Shown in pieces: positions 35,194 to 44,907 of a stretch of 46,218 nt of DNA. A program made the translations under genes and the position numbers. The stretch comes from Candidatus Woesearchaeota archaeon. Lineage in GTDB: Archaea; Nanobdellota; Nanobdellia; SCGC-AAA011-G17; PNOQ01. The stretch spans positions 2,810 through 49,027 of the forward strand of contig CAZCDH010000002.1 in NCBI GenBank assembly GCA_964497715.1, in the 5' to 3' direction. Below the pieces are notes generated by a model that saw only the letters and a list, made by a program, of their open reading frames with translations, was not told the DNA's origin and did no database searches. Position 1 is the stretch's first letter, and every line of letters begins with the position of its first letter.

Positions 35194-35904
35194 ATGAAAA
35201 AAATTCTCTGTTTAATAATCTTATGCTTTTTTATGATTTCATCAGTTAGTGCATGGAACTGGCCAACACACAAAGCAATAGTACAAAAGATATATTATTC
35301 TATTCCAAGAGAATTACAAGGAGACTTAGATTTGGAATTAATGGAAATAGGTTCAATAGCTCCAGATAAAGATTTTCATGATCAAAGATTACACCACTAT
35401 CCTCCGTCATATAATAAAACCCTATTTTGGTTAGACAAATTAGAACAAGCTCTCTCAATAAAAGACTATGAAAATGCTAGTTATGCTTTTGGAGTTGCCA
35501 CACACTATATTTCAGACTCGTTTGTATCCCCACACAACATAAAAGGAGAAGATCCAAATGACCATTCTAAATTTGAAAAACAAATTTCAACAATACTAAC
35601 AAAATGTGAAAAAAATAATTATGAATTAAATAATTCACTTTACATTGCTTCACAAAATGGAAAAGATTGGGAACCTTGGTTAAACTCAAAAAATCCAGAA
35701 ATACCTCAGAAAGAATTAGAACAAACAATGAAATTAATTTATTCAATAGCACTAACAGAATTTAATACAACTTGTAATGAAAGAAAAACTGAGTTCATAC
35801 AAGAAAAATATAACTTAGGAAATAAAACAAAAACCTATTTAATTATAGTATTATTGATAGGAATAATGTATAATATAAAAAAATTAAACATTCTTAAAAA
35901 CTAA
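35194..35904 (+). CDS. Secreted, C-terminally anchored zinc phospholipase C / P1-S1 nuclease-fold protein
   Basis: The predicted signal cleavage SVSA|WNWPTH leaves Trp as the mature N-terminus, a hallmark of this family. Later motifs are APDKD, HHY and HYISDSFVSPHN. C-terminal TM segment YLIIVLLIGIMY. Confidence 0.55.
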   Translation: MKKILCLIILCFFMISSVSAWNWPTHKAIVQKIYYSIPRELQGDLDLELMEIGSIAPDKDFHDQRLHHYPPSYNKTLFWLDKLEQALSIKDYENASYAFGVATHYISDSFVSPHNIKGEDPNDHSKFEKQISTILTKCEKNNYELNNSLYIASQNGKDWEPWLNSKNPEIPQKELEQTMKLIYSIALTEFNTTCNERKTEFIQEKYNLGNKTKTYLIIVLLIGIMYNIKKLNILKN

Positions 35905-36810
35905 TTGCCCAGAAACATTATCATTCAAATATTTCTCGGCTTTTTTAGCTAACTGACCTTTGCTCAAAAACAATACAGGTAACTTCTTAGATCTCGCTTC
36001 ATCTACTGAGGCAATCAAATCTGCATCAGTCACAGTTTTTTTATCTTTAAACTTAACAAAATACCTAAGAGGACCAATTTTAGAAGGAAGATCTACAACA
36101 AAATTTAATTCTTTATTTTTCCTAACAACGTCTTGAGAGATAACATACATCTCATTTTCAGAGAAAAAACCATTAAGATCTTCAACTCCTGTATCAACCT
36201 TACTAACTGGCAAACTTTCTTTAGGTTTAGGTACTTCAGAAACTTCTTCTTTGGAAGAAACTTCCTCCCCTTTAGGAGAATCTTCCTCTTCTTTAGGAGA
36301 ATCTTCTTCTTTTTTAATCGGAATATTCATCTCTCTCTGATCTTCAGAACTATCTCCCTTCACTCCACTAATTATCTCTTTTATTCTCTCTTTAGCATCA
36401 TTATTAGAGGACAGATACCATTTCCAAAAAAGCTCATACTCCTTACCTAGTTTAACATTTAGAGGAATTGCAAAATCTTTCAAACTTCTTCTTAAACTAA
36501 TCCTATGTTCTGAGATTGCAGTTTTATCCCTTATAACTACACTATTTTTCAAAGATTCATACACTACTTTATCTCCAACACTTAAAAATCTAGAAAGCTC
36601 TTGAAGTTTCTCTTCCTGACCAGAAATATAATATAGAGGAGAACCGCCTTTCTTGATACTAGTTACTAAAACTTGTTTATTTTCAGCTAATTCAGATAAA
36701 ATTGCACTCGAAAGAAGAATATTTGTATTTATTTCTTTAGCAAGTTGAGCTGGCAAAATTGGCCCTTCTCTCTTTACAAAACTTAAAGCAGAAAATCTAT
36801 CGTCTCCCAT
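35884..36810 (-). CDS. Winged-helix protein with acidic repeat linker, function unknown
   Basis: The N-terminal GPILPAQLAKEINTNILLSSAILSELAENKQVLVTS..GGSPLYY is wHTH-like. The linker is central and rich in E, S and K. Confidence 0.45.
   Translation of the reverse strand: MGDDRFSALSFVKREGPILPAQLAKEINTNILLSSAILSELAENKQVLVTSIKKGGSPLYYISGQEEKLQELSRFLSVGDKVVYESLKNSVVIRDKTAISEHRISLRRSLKDFAIPLNVKLGKEYELFWKWYLSSNNDAKERIKEIISGVKGDSSEDQREMNIPIKKEEDSPKEEEDSPKGEEVSSKEEVSEVPKPKESLPVSKVDTGVEDLNGFFSENEMYVISQDVVRKNKELNFVVDLPSKIGPLRYFVKFKDKKTVTDADLIASVDEARSKKLPVLFLSKGQLAKKAEKYLNDNVSGQLVFKNV
36270..36311. repeat. 2 x 21-bp tandem repeat inside CDS
   Basis: The units are ctttaggagaatcttcctctt / ctttaggagaatcttcttctt (1 mismatch). 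They encode KEEEDSP KEEEDSP on the minus strand. Confidence 0.85.
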
Positions 36811-36842
36811 GCAATGTGGAACTCAAACTAATTATAAAAACT

Positions 36843-37373
36843 TTATGGTTTAATCCAACCTATTTCATAATAAGTTACATCTTCTTCATTATCAACAATT
36901 CCAAGAAGTAATTTTTTCCTAGTACTATGTGCAACTCTATTTTTAGCGGCAAAATCATACCAAGTAAGTGCGTCACTCTCATAAACCGGATACACTATCC
37001 AAGTAGCATGTCCCTCTCCAGGTTTAACTCCCCTATCATAAACTCTGAAATCTGCACCAAATTTTAAAGCAGTTTTAACAACATAACCTCTAGATCTTAA
37101 ATCTTTAAATACACAATATCTTGCCCAAAAATTAGGATCGGATTTTCTAGATTTTTTAACAAAACTATCAAAACTGATTTTTTTACCATTCCCATCCAAG
37201 ATATCTAATTTATCAGTTTCAAGAAGATATAGTGCTTCAAGAGAACTATACTTGACCTTATCTTTTTTTACTTCACCAAATCTACCTTTATCATATAACT
37301 TTTTAGCAAGATTACCAAACTCGGCAGAAATGTTCTCAATACTAAACAATCCGGATATTTTCTCAACTTTCAT
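36843..37373 (-). CDS. endA: tRNA-splicing endonuclease (homotetramer-type, ~176 aa)
   Basis: Contains LEALYLLE... and ...YCVFKDLRSRGYVVKTALKFGADFRVYDRG......HATWIV. Confidence 0.85.
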   Translation of the reverse strand: MKVEKISGLFSIENISAEFGNLAKKLYDKGRFGEVKKDKVKYSSLEALYLLETDKLDILDGNGKKISFDSFVKKSRKSDPNFWARYCVFKDLRSRGYVVKTALKFGADFRVYDRGVKPGEGHATWIVYPVYESDALTWYDFAAKNRVAHSTRKKLLLGIVDNEEDVTYYEIGWIKP

Positions 37374-37423
37374 ACATTAATAAAAACAAAAATTATTTAA
37401 AAACCTTTTGATAAATTTAATAT

Positions 37424-38326
37424 ATGAAATTAACATTTTTAGGAACTTCATCAATGATTCCAACAAAGGATAGAAATCCGAGTAGTATACTTTTAACAGA
37501 TAAAAATGAAAATATCTTAATAGATTGTGGAGAGGGGACTCAAAGACAACTAAGAAAAATAGGAGTTAGCCCTACAAAAATAACAAAAATATTAATTACT
37601 CATTGGCATGGAGACCACATTTTAGGACTTCCAGGACTGATACAAACTATTGCAGCTGCAGAATATGATAAAACTCTAGAAATATTCGGACCAAAGGGAA
37701 CAAAAAAATTTATGAAACAAATGATTGAACTATTTTTAAGTAAAAGAAGTCTAAAATTAAAATTAAAAATACATGAAATCAAAGAATCTAAAAATTTCTA
37801 CGAAACAGAAGATTATTACTTAGCTTCAAAAAATTTAAAACATACGATGCCAGTAATAGGATACTCATTTATTCAAAAAGATAAAAGAAATATAAATATA
37901 GATTATACAGAAAAATTTGGATTAGTTAAAGATCCGATATTAAAAAAACTAAAAGATGGAAAAACAATCTCTTACAAAGGAAATAAAATCTCTCCAAAAG
38001 ATGCAACTATCTTAAAGAAAGGTAAAAAAGTTTCAATAATAACTGATACAGAATACTTCAAAGATATATCAAAATTTGTTAAGAATTCAGACTTACTTAT
38101 TTGCGAATCAACATTCGAAAAAAGTTTAAAAGAAAAGGCAAAAGAATACAAACATATGACTTCAGAAGATGCGGCAAAAATAGCAAAGGAAGCAAATGTA
38201 AAAAAATTATTTTTAACTCACTTTGGACAGAGATATAAAACAACAACAAATCTAGAAAAAGAAGCAAAAAAAATCTTCCCAAACACTAAAGCTGCAAAAG
38301 ATTTCTTAGAAATAAAAAAATTATAA
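37424..38326 (+). CDS. rnz: Ribonuclease Z (tRNA 3' endonuclease)
   Basis: MKLTFLGTSS..P...RN, ITHWHGDHILGLPGL (HxHxDH), and C-terminal LTHF. Confidence 0.9.
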   Translation: MKLTFLGTSSMIPTKDRNPSSILLTDKNENILIDCGEGTQRQLRKIGVSPTKITKILITHWHGDHILGLPGLIQTIAAAEYDKTLEIFGPKGTKKFMKQMIELFLSKRSLKLKLKIHEIKESKNFYETEDYYLASKNLKHTMPVIGYSFIQKDKRNINIDYTEKFGLVKDPILKKLKDGKTISYKGNKISPKDATILKKGKKVSIITDTEYFKDISKFVKNSDLLICESTFEKSLKEKAKEYKHMTSEDAAKIAKEANVKKLFLTHFGQRYKTTTNLEKEAKKIFPNTKAAKDFLEIKKL

Positions 38327-38372
38327 TTTCTCATATATCTTAAAGAGTACAATTAAAACTTCTAGAGGCAAT

Positions 38373-38948
38373 CTAACAATCAATTTTATACTCAAAATAT
38401 CTATCATAAGGATTCTCCAAAGACATCATCTCCTTGACACTTAATTTCTCAAAATACTTTCGAAAAGGGCGCATAGAATTGCCGTGTGCAGAGATTGCAA
38501 CATTAACCTTCTCCTTCTTAATCATCTTGATCAAATCCTTAACAAAAGAATTAACTCGCTTTTCAACCATTTCTATACTCTCGCCCTTGGGAAATTTAGA
38601 ACGATAATCTCTATGATAAAAATCAAATTTCTCAATACCATTATCGGAGATATACTTTTTATGAGAAATGCCTTGAACTATCCCATAGTTCCTCTCTATC
38701 ATCCTATCATCTACTAATACTACCTTACACTCAGGATGAAATTTAAGAACTTCTTTCAGAGTATTTTTAGACCTACTCAACCTAGTATGGTAAGCAATAT
38801 TGATTTCTTTATCTTTCAACCGTTTAGCAACGATTCTAGCCTGCTTATGGCCAATAGGAGTTAATTTGGAATCCTTCCATCCAGTAAATATTTTATCACG
38901 ATTATAAAAAGTCTGGCCATGTCTAAAAAGATAAATATTCTTTTTCAT
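38373..38948 (-). CDS. Histidine phosphatase family protein (phosphoglycerate mutase-like)
   Basis: FRHGQT (RHG motif), TGW.DS.LT..G..QA, and a later SAHGNSMR. Confidence 0.8.
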   Translation of the reverse strand: MKKNIYLFRHGQTFYNRDKIFTGWKDSKLTPIGHKQARIVAKRLKDKEINIAYHTRLSRSKNTLKEVLKFHPECKVVLVDDRMIERNYGIVQGISHKKYISDNGIEKFDFYHRDYRSKFPKGESIEMVEKRVNSFVKDLIKMIKKEKVNVAISAHGNSMRPFRKYFEKLSVKEMMSLENPYDRYFEYKIDC

Positions 38949-39027
38949 AGTTCAAATTATGATTTAGAATATTAAAAATCTTTCCATTACAATAAATTTT
39001 ATAAGTCTAACTAAATTTCTACAATAC

Positions 39028-39657
39028 ATGGGAAATGAAAATAACATCATAACTTATGAAAATCTCTATAATATTTTAAGAAAGGAGAAACAAAATCAAG
39101 AATTGCAAGAACTTGAAACAACATTCTATAAAGAAGTTATGACATACATAGAAGAAAAAAAGGAGATATTAGAATCCCAACAAAAAAAAGAAAGTATATT
39201 CACAACAATAGAAGTACAAAAAACCAAAAAACAGTTAGAAAATATATTCAAAATTCTGAAGGAACTTTACGAAAAAAGAGAAAATAAAATAATTTACTTA
39301 GCACTATTAAATTCAAAAACAAATAATGAAACAAACGAAGAATCATTTATGTTAGAAAAAGAAATAGAACTCTATGAATCCTTAAAAAGAGTATTAGATA
39401 ATTCAAGAAATAGTATATTTGACATTATAATTAATGGAAATGGCCATAAAGAACAGAAAGAGATAGAACCAAAAGACTTAAAAGTTGATAAAATGCCTAA
39501 AAATTCGAAAAAGATTACTATATTAAGGCCAATTGAAAGCTTTGTTGATACAAATCTTGAAACTAGAGGCCCATTCAAAAAAGAAGATACTGCAATCTTG
39601 CCCAACGAAATTGCAGAATTACTAATATCAAAAAATATTGCAGAGGAAATAAGATGA
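39028..39657 (+). CDS. GINS subunit (Gins51-like), tentative
   Basis: N-terminal ..YENLYNILRKEK.N.ELQELETTFYKEV..YI and C-terminal ITILRPIESFVDTNLETRGPFKKEDTAILPNEIAELLISKNIAEEI resemble the GINS A and B domains. Confidence 0.5.
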   Translation: MGNENNIITYENLYNILRKEKQNQELQELETTFYKEVMTYIEEKKEILESQQKKESIFTTIEVQKTKKQLENIFKILKELYEKRENKIIYLALLNSKTNNETNEESFMLEKEIELYESLKRVLDNSRNSIFDIIINGNGHKEQKEIEPKDLKVDKMPKNSKKITILRPIESFVDTNLETRGPFKKEDTAILPNEIAELLISKNIAEEIR

Positions 39658-39965
39658 AAGTACCAAAATTAAAAAAATCAAATTGTGTGCACTGTAAAAA
39701 ACATACAGAACATAAAGTAGCGACTGGAAAAACTGGTGGTAAGAGAGGTACACTAAAACGAGGTTCACTCCAGAGAGCAAAAAAAAGAGGATTAGGAATA
39801 GGTTGTGGAAACTTAGGAAAATATGGTTCAAAGGGTGCACAAAGCTCATGGAAAAGATATGGTGTTAAAACCAGCAAAAAAGAAGACTTAAAATTAACTT
39901 GTAAGGAATGTAATAAATCAAAATTGGTAAGGATGCCAAGATCTAAGAAGGTGACTATAGAATAA
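39654..39965 (+). CDS. rpl44e: 50S ribosomal protein L44e
   Basis: CVHCKKHTEHKV....GK and a C-terminal CKECNKS zinc ribbon. ATGA overlap with the upstream gene. Confidence 0.9.
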   Translation: MKVPKLKKSNCVHCKKHTEHKVATGKTGGKRGTLKRGSLQRAKKRGLGIGCGNLGKYGSKGAQSSWKRYGVKTSKKEDLKLTCKECNKSKLVRMPRSKKVTIE

Positions 39966-39966
39966 A

Positions 39967-40152
39967 ATGGTAGAACAAAAAGAACCTAAAAGTAAATTTA
40001 TAAGAATACGTTGTACAAAATGTAAGAATGAACAAATAGTGTTCAGCAAAGCTACAAGCGAAATAAAATGTCTAGTTTGTGAAGAAACGCTAGCAACACC
40101 TACAGGAGGAAAAGTAAATATTACTGCTAACGTCCTGGAGGTCCTAGATTAG
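39967..40152 (+). CDS. rps27e: 30S ribosomal protein S27e
   Basis: CTKCKNEQIVFSKATSEIKCLVCEETLATPTGGK. Confidence 0.9.
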   Translation: MVEQKEPKSKFIRIRCTKCKNEQIVFSKATSEIKCLVCEETLATPTGGKVNITANVLEVLD

Positions 40153-40929
40153 ATGTTTTATAAAAAGAAAGAAATTCCTAAAGAAGGAGAAATAGTTCTT
40201 TGTACAGTTAAGAAGATATCATATCATTCGGTATTTCTAAAATTAGACGAATATAATAATCTTGAAGGTATGATGCACATATCAGAGATAGCACCAGGTA
40301 GAATAAGAACAATCAGGGATTATGTAAAAGAAGGTAAAAAAGTAGTTTGTAAAATATTAAGAGTAAACAAAATAACAAAAAGTATTGAACTCTCTCTAAG
40401 AAGAGTGAATAAAATGCAGAGAATTAACAAATCTGCAGAATGTAAACAAGAACAAAAAGCAGAAAAATTATTAGAGTTTGTTGGAAAAGAATTAAAAAAA
40501 GATATAGAATATATGTACAAAGAAGCAGGTTATGAGTTAATCTCTAAATATGGTTCACTAAACGAATCATTTCAAAACTTTGTATTAGATAAAGATCAAA
40601 TTAACGAACTAGAAATAAAAAAAGAAATTTCCGACTTATTAATAAAAACAGTTATTGAAAGAATAAAACCTAAAGAAGTGCAGGTTAAAGGAGTATTGAA
40701 TATATCTTTAAACACAGAAGATGGGGTAGATACAATTAAAAAAGTATTAACAGATTCACAAAAAGGTACAATAAAAATCATATATATGGGTGCACCAAAA
40801 TATCAAATAACTGTAACAGCTTCAGATTATAAAACTGCCGAAGAAATTTTAGAAAATGTTACAGGAACAATACTAAAAAAGATTAAAGATGCCAAAGGAA
40901 CTGGCGAATTCATTCAAGAAAAAAATTAA
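40153..40929 (+). CDS. eif2a: Translation initiation factor aIF2 alpha
   Basis: S1 domain (GEIVLCTVKKISYHSVFLKLDEY.NLEGMMHISEIAPGRIR). Conserved rpl44e-rps27e-eif2a-nop10 order. Confidence 0.9.
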   Translation: MFYKKKEIPKEGEIVLCTVKKISYHSVFLKLDEYNNLEGMMHISEIAPGRIRTIRDYVKEGKKVVCKILRVNKITKSIELSLRRVNKMQRINKSAECKQEQKAEKLLEFVGKELKKDIEYMYKEAGYELISKYGSLNESFQNFVLDKDQINELEIKKEISDLLIKTVIERIKPKEVQVKGVLNISLNTEDGVDTIKKVLTDSQKGTIKIIYMGAPKYQITVTASDYKTAEEILENVTGTILKKIKDAKGTGEFIQEKN

Positions 40930-40930
40930 G

Positions 40931-41089
40931 ATGACATTAAAAATATTTAAATGTGAAAATTGTAAAAACTATACCTTAAAAAAAACTTGTTCTAAATGTA
41001 AAGAAGATACAAATAATCCAAAACCTGCAAAATTTTCTCCAGAAGATAAATTTGGAAAATATAGAAGATTGGCAAAAAAAGAAAAATAA
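40931..41089 (+). CDS. nop10: H/ACA RNP protein Nop10
   Basis: MTLKIFKCENCKNYTLKKTCSKC.....PKPAKFSPEDKFGKYRR. The start is taken at the internal ATG just after the eif2a stop. Confidence 0.85.
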   Translation: MTLKIFKCENCKNYTLKKTCSKCKEDTNNPKPAKFSPEDKFGKYRRLAKKEK

Positions 41090-41134
41090 TTCTAAAACCA
41101 TAATATTTTAAGGTTAAATTAATAACAAATCGTT

Positions 41135-41698
41135 ATGAATGAAGTGGATCTAGTAAAAAATACAGATATCTGTAAAAATTGTAAGAACATTGTAGTGGGA
41201 AAAGGAAATATAAATTCTAAAATCTTATTGGTTGGAGAAGCTCCAGGGAAGAATGAAGATGAACAAGGAATTCCATTTGTTGGAGCAGCAGGAAAAAATC
41301 TAGACAATTTATTAAAAAATGCAAATTTAGATCTAACAGATATTTATATAACAAATATTTTGAAATGTAGACCACCAAAAAACAGAAACCCTACTATTAT
41401 TGAGATTAAAGCCCACACCCCTTGGCTGTTAAAACAAATAAAAGAGATGAAACCAAAAGTAATCTGTTCATTGGGGAATTATGCAACAAAGTTCTTCTTA
41501 GCATTAGGTAATGTAAATGAAATGAAATTGCAACCAGGAATATCGAAAGTTCATGGAAAACCTAAAGATATAGAAATAGAAGGGATAAAAATTAAACTAA
41601 TACCTTTATTTCATCCTGCAGCAATAATCTATAATAGATCTTTAATAGATGAATGGAAAAAGGATTTAGAAATAATTAAATCCGAAATAAAAAATTAA
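41135..41698 (+). CDS. udg: Uracil-DNA glycosylase, family 4
   Basis: CKNCKN, LLVGEAPGKNEDEQGIPFVGAAGKNL and LFHPAA. Confidence 0.85.
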   Translation: MNEVDLVKNTDICKNCKNIVVGKGNINSKILLVGEAPGKNEDEQGIPFVGAAGKNLDNLLKNANLDLTDIYITNILKCRPPKNRNPTIIEIKAHTPWLLKQIKEMKPKVICSLGNYATKFFLALGNVNEMKLQPGISKVHGKPKDIEIEGIKIKLIPLFHPAAIIYNRSLIDEWKKDLEIIKSEIKN

Positions 41699-42603
41699 TT
41701 GCCAATAACCGTTACACTAGTTTCTACACTCTCTACATAATTATAGGATAGAATTATATTCAAATTATCAGTATAACTACTTGTATCTTCAACAACTCTT
41801 TCGCAGATCAATATTTTAGAATTATCTCCTAGAGATACGATTCCAGAATTTGATTTTCCGCCAGGGAAATAACAGATTACATCTGCAGGTTCTAAATTAA
41901 CATAGATTTTACCTTCATCTAAAACTCCAAATTCATCACATGAAATATCTTTAGAATAAACATCTCCAGATCCAGAATTTTCTAAAACTATAGTAAATCT
42001 TATTGAATCGCTTGAATGATAATCTTCACTAATCGAAGTTACTTGTACAGGTGCAGAAGAAACATCACCTTTGCTAATTTTTTCACCATTTATGTCACAA
42101 GTTTGTACCCCAGTTTGTTCTATAGTAGTAGAATCCATGCAAACTGTGGAAACTGCAGTAGTAGTATAAGGATAACACATCTTAGCATGAATTGAAAAAT
42201 CTTGAGAACCATAAACTGTACCAATATAAGAACCTTCGCCAAGAGAAACTATCTCTTCCCCTCCAACATCAACATCTTTTGTAATTCCAAATAATTCGCT
42301 AATAGTTGGAACATATTCTGTAATCAAACCTTCCCAAGAAGTAGGACTAACTCCAAACAATTTCACCTTAACTTCTCCGGCAAGAACATCATGTTCACCA
42401 GCATTTTTAATAAGAACTTGGAAAGGAACACTCTCTCCAGCATTAAATTGTGTAAGAGGTGCACCTTCAACAAAAGATAAACTTAATCCACTAATTCCTC
42501 CACTAAATGGCCCTTCACCATCAGAACCAGAATCACCATTATCACAACCAGATATAAATAAACCAAAAATCAAGAAAACCATTATATAAATTATATTTTT
42601 CAC
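41695..42603 (-). CDS. Secreted lipobox protein, paralog group with 42620..43507
   Basis: GTG start with a GGTGAT Shine-Dalgarno site 5 nt upstream. Signal peptide ending in the lipobox LFISGC. The body is beta-rich, with SAPVQVTSI...FTIVLENSGSGDV. Confidence 0.7.
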   Translation of the reverse strand: MKNIIYIMVFLIFGLFISGCDNGDSGSDGEGPFSGGISGLSLSFVEGAPLTQFNAGESVPFQVLIKNAGEHDVLAGEVKVKLFGVSPTSWEGLITEYVPTISELFGITKDVDVGGEEIVSLGEGSYIGTVYGSQDFSIHAKMCYPYTTTAVSTVCMDSTTIEQTGVQTCDINGEKISKGDVSSAPVQVTSISEDYHSSDSIRFTIVLENSGSGDVYSKDISCDEFGVLDEGKIYVNLEPADVICYFPGGKSNSGIVSLGDNSKILICERVVEDTSSYTDNLNIILSYNYVESVETSVTVIGN

Positions 42604-42619
42604 AGTGTATCACCTATAT

Positions 42620-43507
42620 TTATCTATCACCTGTTTTTCTTTTTAAAGCTATCGCTCCAGTACTAGCACTTATAGAATAATCATAATTTAGTTTTATAAT
42701 CAAAGAATCCATATAAAACTCTTGAGCACCTAAACTAATGAAAGAATCACATTTTACAGTTTTTCTATCTTCAATCATCCTAATTCCACCATTTCTTAAG
42801 GGATAACACTCAAAAATAGAAGGAGTACCAGCTAATTTAATATCCATCATCAAAATACTTTCCCCAGTTTCAGAAACAATCTCGCCATAAGGAGTTTTTG
42901 TAATGTCTATCTCAAGATATAATCTATTCTGTCCACCTTCTGGAACAATACTAGTTTCAATTCGATCAATAGTCACAGGTGCAAAATCAGAAGTTATTTT
43001 ATTTCCCTTAGTGAGAACATCATTAGATCTACAATTTTCAATCTCTTGAGCAGGATCTCTCTTTAAACATATTTCTCCACGAACTACAGATTCAAGACTA
43101 TACTCTAATTCAGCGGTTATAGTAGTTGTATCAATTCCCATCTCAAGATTATGATAATAATACGATCCGGTCTCTGGAAAATAAAACCTGCTCTCTTCAA
43201 CATATTTAGAATTTCCTGACAATTCTGCAGGGGCCATAAAGATAGCGCGACATTCAGGCTCTTGTATTCCTCCAAAACTATTAGCAGGAGTATCAGAAAG
43301 ACACAAAGTACCTTCAACAGCTTTTGGAAGATTATTGATCAACTCAAGACCAACCATAAAATTAGCATCCTCTCTTAGTTCATTGGGAGGTTGATTTAAT
43401 AAGAATCCTATGTCTACTCCACCAATATTAGTTTTTTCAACAGGACCAGCACATCCTGAACTAAATAATAAAACTACACTAATCAATAAAATCAATAAAT
43501 ACCTCAT
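42620..43507 (-). CDS. Secreted lipobox protein, paralog group with 41695..42603
   Basis: Signal peptide ending LFSSGC. By eye it has the same block order as its neighbour (GG.x.G..L, FAPVTIDRI...LYLEIDITK, ..IKLNYDYS). Confidence 0.7.
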   Translation of the reverse strand: MRYLLILLISVVLLFSSGCAGPVEKTNIGGVDIGFLLNQPPNELREDANFMVGLELINNLPKAVEGTLCLSDTPANSFGGIQEPECRAIFMAPAELSGNSKYVEESRFYFPETGSYYYHNLEMGIDTTTITAELEYSLESVVRGEICLKRDPAQEIENCRSNDVLTKGNKITSDFAPVTIDRIETSIVPEGGQNRLYLEIDITKTPYGEIVSETGESILMMDIKLAGTPSIFECYPLRNGGIRMIEDRKTVKCDSFISLGAQEFYMDSLIIKLNYDYSISASTGAIALKRKTGDR

Positions 43508-43548
43508 TTTAAATTAAAAAAAACTTTGAGATATAAAAATGTTTCTAA

Positions 43549-44907
43549 TTATGAAGTTATGCAAAGTTCGCCATCAAAATCACAATTACTAAAACCACAG
43601 GCATCATTATTACAATTTACTTCACTTTTATATCCTTCACAACCTATAATATCTGCAGAACAAGTCTCACAAGAACCAAAATCAAGACCATCATAATTAA
43701 TCATACATCCTACAGCAGAAATGCAATCTTCTTCATTAGATATATCTCCACAAATATCTCTAACTTCTGTTTGGACAATAGTAATAACTTCATTTTTTTT
43801 GACTTCGTATGAATAATCAGCCTCAGCTTTAATTAAACTTACAAAAAAATCATCTCCTTCTGGAAGAGGTAACACTCTAAGATTACATCGCAAATTTATA
43901 TCATTATAATCATCTACACAATCTTGTTCAAAGGGATAAACTAGATTTGCCGAACAATCTACATTTATTTTATTTTCTAAGGCACTCTCTCCAATTTCAT
44001 ATATCTTAAACTGTCCATCAACCTCTCCACTATCAACAAAATCACAGAATCTAAGATCTTGACCAAATTCAATAGCAAATGGAACATAAAGTTTCAAACT
44101 ATTAACTTTCTTTAAATTTCCATCACCTGTATCTATCAAATCTACATTAAAATTAACAAAATTATTAGATGATGAAAAAGGCTGACTTGTTTCACTGCTC
44201 AACCTAATATCTATTGGACCTTCAGTAATTCTAGATCTCATAATATTAGCAGGTTTGATTAATAGGCTATCTGTAACATGATATTTATTATTGATAAACG
44301 GATCTATACCTTCAACCAAAAAGGACTCTAAGATCTCTGAATCCATAAAGTACATCCTATATGTAGAAAGTGTAACAAAATCATACCATGAATTCAAAGT
44401 TACTTTCTTTGCAACTTCTTCTTTATCTGCAATAATTCCGCTTGGAAAAAGGCAACTCACATCCTGTCTTCGAACAACACCTTCGCCATAAACAACGAAA
44501 CCTCCAGGATAAACTTCAGAATCATAATAATAATCTTCCAATTCACATGAAAAAGAAACATTCATTCCCTCTTTTCTAAGACTTGCAGCTTCAACAACTC
44601 CAGTCAAATAAATTGCCTCCCCAGACATAAACTTATTCTTAGTTTTTTCAAACCTTATAATATCAACTCCCAAATCCACATTGAGTTCATTTTCAACCAC
44701 CTCAGATTCCCATTTAAATTGATCAGAAATCTCGGTAGGATTCCAAAAAGCATTCCAAAAATTAAACAAATCTTTTTTAATAGGTGTTCCAGAATCATCC
44801 AAAGCTACTAACCCTTCTTTAGTCATAGTTGATGCAGCACCAGATCGCCAAAGATTAAATAAAAAAATAACTCCAATTATTAATATAACAACAATAAGAA
44901 CTTTCAT
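43549..44907 (-). CDS. Signal-anchored secreted protein with Cys-dense C-terminal module
   Basis: N-terminal anchor MKVLIVVILIIGVIFLFNLW. The central blocks resemble the two lipobox proteins. The last ~67 aa contain 10 Cys. Confidence 0.7.
   Translation of the reverse strand: MKVLIVVILIIGVIFLFNLWRSGAASTMTKEGLVALDDSGTPIKKDLFNFWNAFWNPTEISDQFKWESEVVENELNVDLGVDIIRFEKTKNKFMSGEAIYLTGVVEAASLRKEGMNVSFSCELEDYYYDSEVYPGGFVVYGEGVVRRQDVSCLFPSGIIADKEEVAKKVTLNSWYDFVTLSTYRMYFMDSEILESFLVEGIDPFINNKYHVTDSLLIKPANIMRSRITEGPIDIRLSSETSQPFSSSNNFVNFNVDLIDTGDGNLKKVNSLKLYVPFAIEFGQDLRFCDFVDSGEVDGQFKIYEIGESALENKINVDCSANLVYPFEQDCVDDYNDINLRCNLRVLPLPEGDDFFVSLIKAEADYSYEVKKNEVITIVQTEVRDICGDISNEEDCISAVGCMINYDGLDFGSCETCSADIIGCEGYKSEVNCNNDACGFSNCDFDGELCITS

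Noticed and set aside
39372-39877. Minus-strand ORFs (39372..39605, 39575..39877, 39628..39849) over the GINS-like and rpl44e genes
   Set aside because: They are antisense to a ribosomal protein gene with a clear zinc-ribbon signature, and their products are Phe/Leu-rich.
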